In this document: positions 35,066 to 37,316 of the stretch, in pieces
Numbering within the stretch: the stretch's first letter is position 1
How the letters are laid out: every line of letters begins with the position of its first letter
From: Candidatus Micrarchaeota archaeon
GTDB lineage: Archaea > Micrarchaeota > Micrarchaeia > Norongarragalinales > Norongarragalinaceae
Direction: 5' to 3'
DNA: 37,316 bases
Assembly (NCBI GenBank): GCA_018304285.1
Contig: JAGVWL010000002.1
Span: 1 to 37,316, forward strand
Made by a program: the position numbers and the translations under genes
Notes under the pieces: generated by a model
The model's database searches: none
What the model saw: the letters and a program-made list of their open reading frames with translations, nothing else
What the model was told of the DNA's origin: nothing

Positions 35066-35209
35066 GTGAAGCTTGCCAAGTGCGTTGTTTGCGGGGCGTT
35101 TAGCATGCGCGAAGAGCACTGTGGAAAGCGCACCGTTTCTGCGCATCCTGCGAAATTCTCGATTGCCGACAAGTACGCGGCGTACAGGCGCAAGGCCAAG
35201 TTCGGATGA
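35066..35209 (+). CDS. nop10: H/ACA RNP subunit Nop10
   Basis: 47 aa with a GTG start, hand-translated: VKLAKCVVCGAFSMREEHCGKRTVSAHPAKFSIADKYAAYRRKAKFG. The AHPxKFSxxDKYxxYR block is the Nop10 signature. It is in the expected position after aIF2-alpha. Confidence 0.8.
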   Translation: MKLAKCVVCGAFSMREEHCGKRTVSAHPAKFSIADKYAAYRRKAKFG

Positions 35210-35232
35210 CGGACAAATGCGAGCTATTTTAA

Positions 35233-35329
35233 TTTATAGCGAAAAGCGGAAATAATTGAACTTTTTACGGCTTTTCGCTAGTCGCAGAAGGCAGGGAAAA
35301 AGTTCCACTATTTTTGCCTTCTGCCATAG
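35233..35329 (+). repeat. copy C of the ~98-nt twin-hairpin intergenic element
   Basis: TTTATAGCGAAAAGCGGAAATAATTGAACTTTTTACGGCTTTTCGCTAGTCGCAGAAGGCAGGGAAAAAGTTCCACTATTTTTGCCTTCTGCCATAG. Both 10-bp stems are intact and the differences from copy B are concentrated in loop 1. It starts 24 nt after the nop10 stop. Confidence 0.9.
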
Positions 35330-35394
35330 CTTGCATGCCTGCGAGGGTTTTTATTGCCTCTTTCCGAAAGTGTATTGTAAAACGAGTTTTTTTT

Positions 35395-35404
35395 AGCTTT
35401 AATG
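35395..35404 (+). promoter_or_regulatory. TATA-like box for the PAC2-like gene (leaderless spacing)
   Basis: AGCTTTAATG, preceded by T8, lies about 20 nt upstream of the ATG at 35419. This supports the start at 35419 rather than the TTG at 35314, which sits inside the repeat. Confidence 0.4.
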
Positions 35405-35418
35405 GCGGGTTTCAACAA

Positions 35419-36204
35419 ATGGAACATCCTACTTTCACGGAGTCGTTCATCCGCGTCAAGAAAAAGCCGTCTTTGAAAAAGCCCCTGCTCATCGTTGGAT
35501 TGCCGGGCGTGGGCTTGGTTTCGAAACTGGCTGTAGACCACTTGGTCAAGGAATTCAAGGCAGAGAAAGTCGCCACGCTTTACTCGCCGCATTTTCCCAA
35601 CCAGGTTTTGGCGATGAAAAGCGGGCGCTTGCGCTCTTTCTCGATAGGCTTTTACGAAAAGAAATTCAAAAACCGCGACGTTCTGCTCGTTCGCGGGGAT
35701 TTGCAGCCTTTGACTGTCGAAGGGCAGTTTGAAGTCGCCGCGAAAATACTGGAGTACGCTAGGGTGGCCGGATGCGTGGATGCAATAGCCATGGCTGGCT
35801 ATGCGACTCCGGAAAAAAAGGCGAAGCCCGCGATTTACTGCGCTTGCACCGACAAGGGCTTGTTCAAGCGCATGAATTCGTTTGGGGCGACGAAGCCTGG
35901 AAAAATAGTGCCTATCGTAGGGATGGCGGGCGTGCTTCCGGCAATGGCAAAACTTTACGAGATGAACGGATGCTGCCTTCTTGTGGAAACGCCGGGAACG
36001 CCGATGGACGCGGCAGGCGCGAAGGCTTTGCTCGAGTTCATTTCTAAAATGACTGGCCAGAAAATGGCTTTCGCGACACTCGAAGCGCGGGTGAAGAAAG
36101 CGGAAAAACTTTTTGCTAGAATGCAGCCTCAGCAGACTCCCACGCTCCAGCCTCCGGCAATTCCCGAGGCGGTTTCGCGGGATGCCTTGCGTTACATTCG
36201 TTGA
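35419..36204 (+). CDS. PAC2-family (proteasome assembly chaperone-like, COG1938) protein
   Basis: 261 aa from MEHPTFTESF. PLLIVGLPGVGLVSKLAVDHLV is the characteristic N-terminal block of archaeal PAC2-like proteins. Confidence 0.7.
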   Translation: MEHPTFTESFIRVKKKPSLKKPLLIVGLPGVGLVSKLAVDHLVKEFKAEKVATLYSPHFPNQVLAMKSGRLRSFSIGFYEKKFKNRDVLLVRGDLQPLTVEGQFEVAAKILEYARVAGCVDAIAMAGYATPEKKAKPAIYCACTDKGLFKRMNSFGATKPGKIVPIVGMAGVLPAMAKLYEMNGCCLLVETPGTPMDAAGAKALLEFISKMTGQKMAFATLEARVKKAEKLFARMQPQQTPTLQPPAIPEAVSRDALRYIR

Positions 36205-36225
36205 AAAAACGGGGTGGAATGCGGA

Positions 36226-37188
36226 ATGCTTGAACTGGCTTTGTTGACGGGCAATTCAAATCCTGCGCTGGCAGAAAAAATAGCTTCGCAGCTGAAAGAA
36301 AAACTGGTTCCGTGCGAAGTAGGGTGTTTTTCCGACGGCGAAATCAGCATTTCAATCGACGAAAGCCTGCGGGGAAAGCACGTTTTCATTTTGCAGAGCA
36401 TTTGCAATTCCCTTTCCAAACAAGGAGAAAAGCTTTCGGTCAACGACACGCTCATGGAACTCCTGGTTTTGTGCGACGCTGCGAGGAGAGGCAATGCCGA
36501 GAAAATCACTGCGGTCGTCCCTTACTTGGGCTACGCGCGGCAAGACCGCAAGGCAAAGCCCCGCGAGCCTATTACCGCAAAGCTTGTCACCGACTTGATA
36601 GTGCGCGCCGGCGTGCACGATTTGATTGCGGTTGACTTGCACTCCGACCAAATCGAGGGTTTCGTGGACTGTTACTTCGGGAACGTTACCGTCGCCCAGC
36701 TTGTTCCTCCGACTATAAAGAAAATCGGGTTTGACGCGAAAGATACTGTGGTGGTCTCGACTGACAGCGGGGGCGCAAAGAAAGCCAAGCGCCTTGCAGA
36801 CCGTTTGAGCGGCGAGATGGCGATCGTGCACAAGCACCGGCCCAAGCCCAACGCTTCTTTCGTCACGCACGTGGTCGGAGACGTGAATGGAAAAAATGCC
36901 TTGCTTTTTGACGACATCGTGGATACTGGCGGTTCTCTCGTGAATGCCGCGCAGGCGTGCTTGGACAACGGGGCAAAGAAAGTAGCCGCTTTCGTTACGC
37001 ATCCCGTTCTTTCCGACGACGCGACAGAGAAAATCGAGGCTTCGAACTTGGAAAAGCTTTTCGTTACCGACACTATTCCGCTCAAGCGCGAGAGCAGCAA
37101 AATCGACGTGGTGAGCATAGCGCCGACGCTCGCGAGCGTCATCCATAGCGTTTACACCGGGGAAAGCGTGAGCGCACTGTTCAAGTGA
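36226..37188 (+). CDS. prs: ribose-phosphate pyrophosphokinase (PRPP synthetase)
   Basis: The ATG at 36226 gives MLELALLTGNSNPALAEKIA; the track start at 36214 is a GTG. It has GEISISIDESLRGKHVFILQS, YLGYARQDRK and the PRPP-binding loop LLFDDIVDTGGSL. Confidence 0.92.
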   Translation: MLELALLTGNSNPALAEKIASQLKEKLVPCEVGCFSDGEISISIDESLRGKHVFILQSICNSLSKQGEKLSVNDTLMELLVLCDAARRGNAEKITAVVPYLGYARQDRKAKPREPITAKLVTDLIVRAGVHDLIAVDLHSDQIEGFVDCYFGNVTVAQLVPPTIKKIGFDAKDTVVVSTDSGGAKKAKRLADRLSGEMAIVHKHRPKPNASFVTHVVGDVNGKNALLFDDIVDTGGSLVNAAQACLDNGAKKVAAFVTHPVLSDDATEKIEASNLEKLFVTDTIPLKRESSKIDVVSIAPTLASVIHSVYTGESVSALFK

Positions 37189-37316
37189 ACATGCTGTTTT
37201 TACGCTGCTCTTCCACCAGGAGCTTGCGATGCACGCCCACGACGACGTTTCCGGCGAGCGGCCTTTGCATTAACCCTTTTGTTTTTTATTCCTTCACGCA
37301 GAATTTTGTTCATGCT

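Noticed and set aside
37200-37313. A very basic 37-aa minus-strand ORF at the right edge (MNKILREGIKNKRVNAKAARRKRRRGRASQAPGGRAA).
   Set aside because: The frame is still open upstream of the ATG at the window edge. It could be the C-terminus of a larger gene or noise. No recognisable ribosomal-protein signature is present, so it is left unannotated.

Overview
This is a densely coded archaeal chromosomal segment of about 50 genes with many 4-nt ATGA/GTGA gene overlaps. Several genes sit about 25 nt downstream of a TATA-like box, which suggests leaderless transcripts. The archaeal assignment rests on hallmark genes: Orc1/Cdc6, RFC large subunit, PCNA, primase PriL and PriS, GINS, a short OB-fold SSB, CDC48, Csl4, RpoL, L44e, S27e, aIF2-alpha, Nop10 and a PAC2-like protein. 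The right third (29.2-36.2 kb) is the known archaeal replication-translation neighbourhood (PCNA, primase, GINS, L44e, S27e, aIF2-alpha, Nop10), but with an unexpected RelA/SpoT-type HD-domain gene inserted after PCNA. The centre (19.2-21.6 kb) holds six small genes with class III (type IV prepilin-like) signal peptides in two convergent, translationally coupled operons; no assembly ATPase, platform protein or prepilin peptidase is in the window. The left end has a visibly AT-rich ~1.4 kb island carrying a vapBC-like toxin-antitoxin pair and an orphan SAM methyltransferase. The most unusual non-coding signal is a ~98-nt element present three times (18.36, 21.64 and 35.23 kb). It has two perfect 10-bp hairpins whose loops are complementary to each other, and it always abuts gene 3' ends. 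I could not assign it to any known RNA or mobile-element family. I saw no rRNA, tRNA, CRISPR array, transposase or integrase. All functional calls rest on motifs read by eye from the supplied translations, not on database searches.
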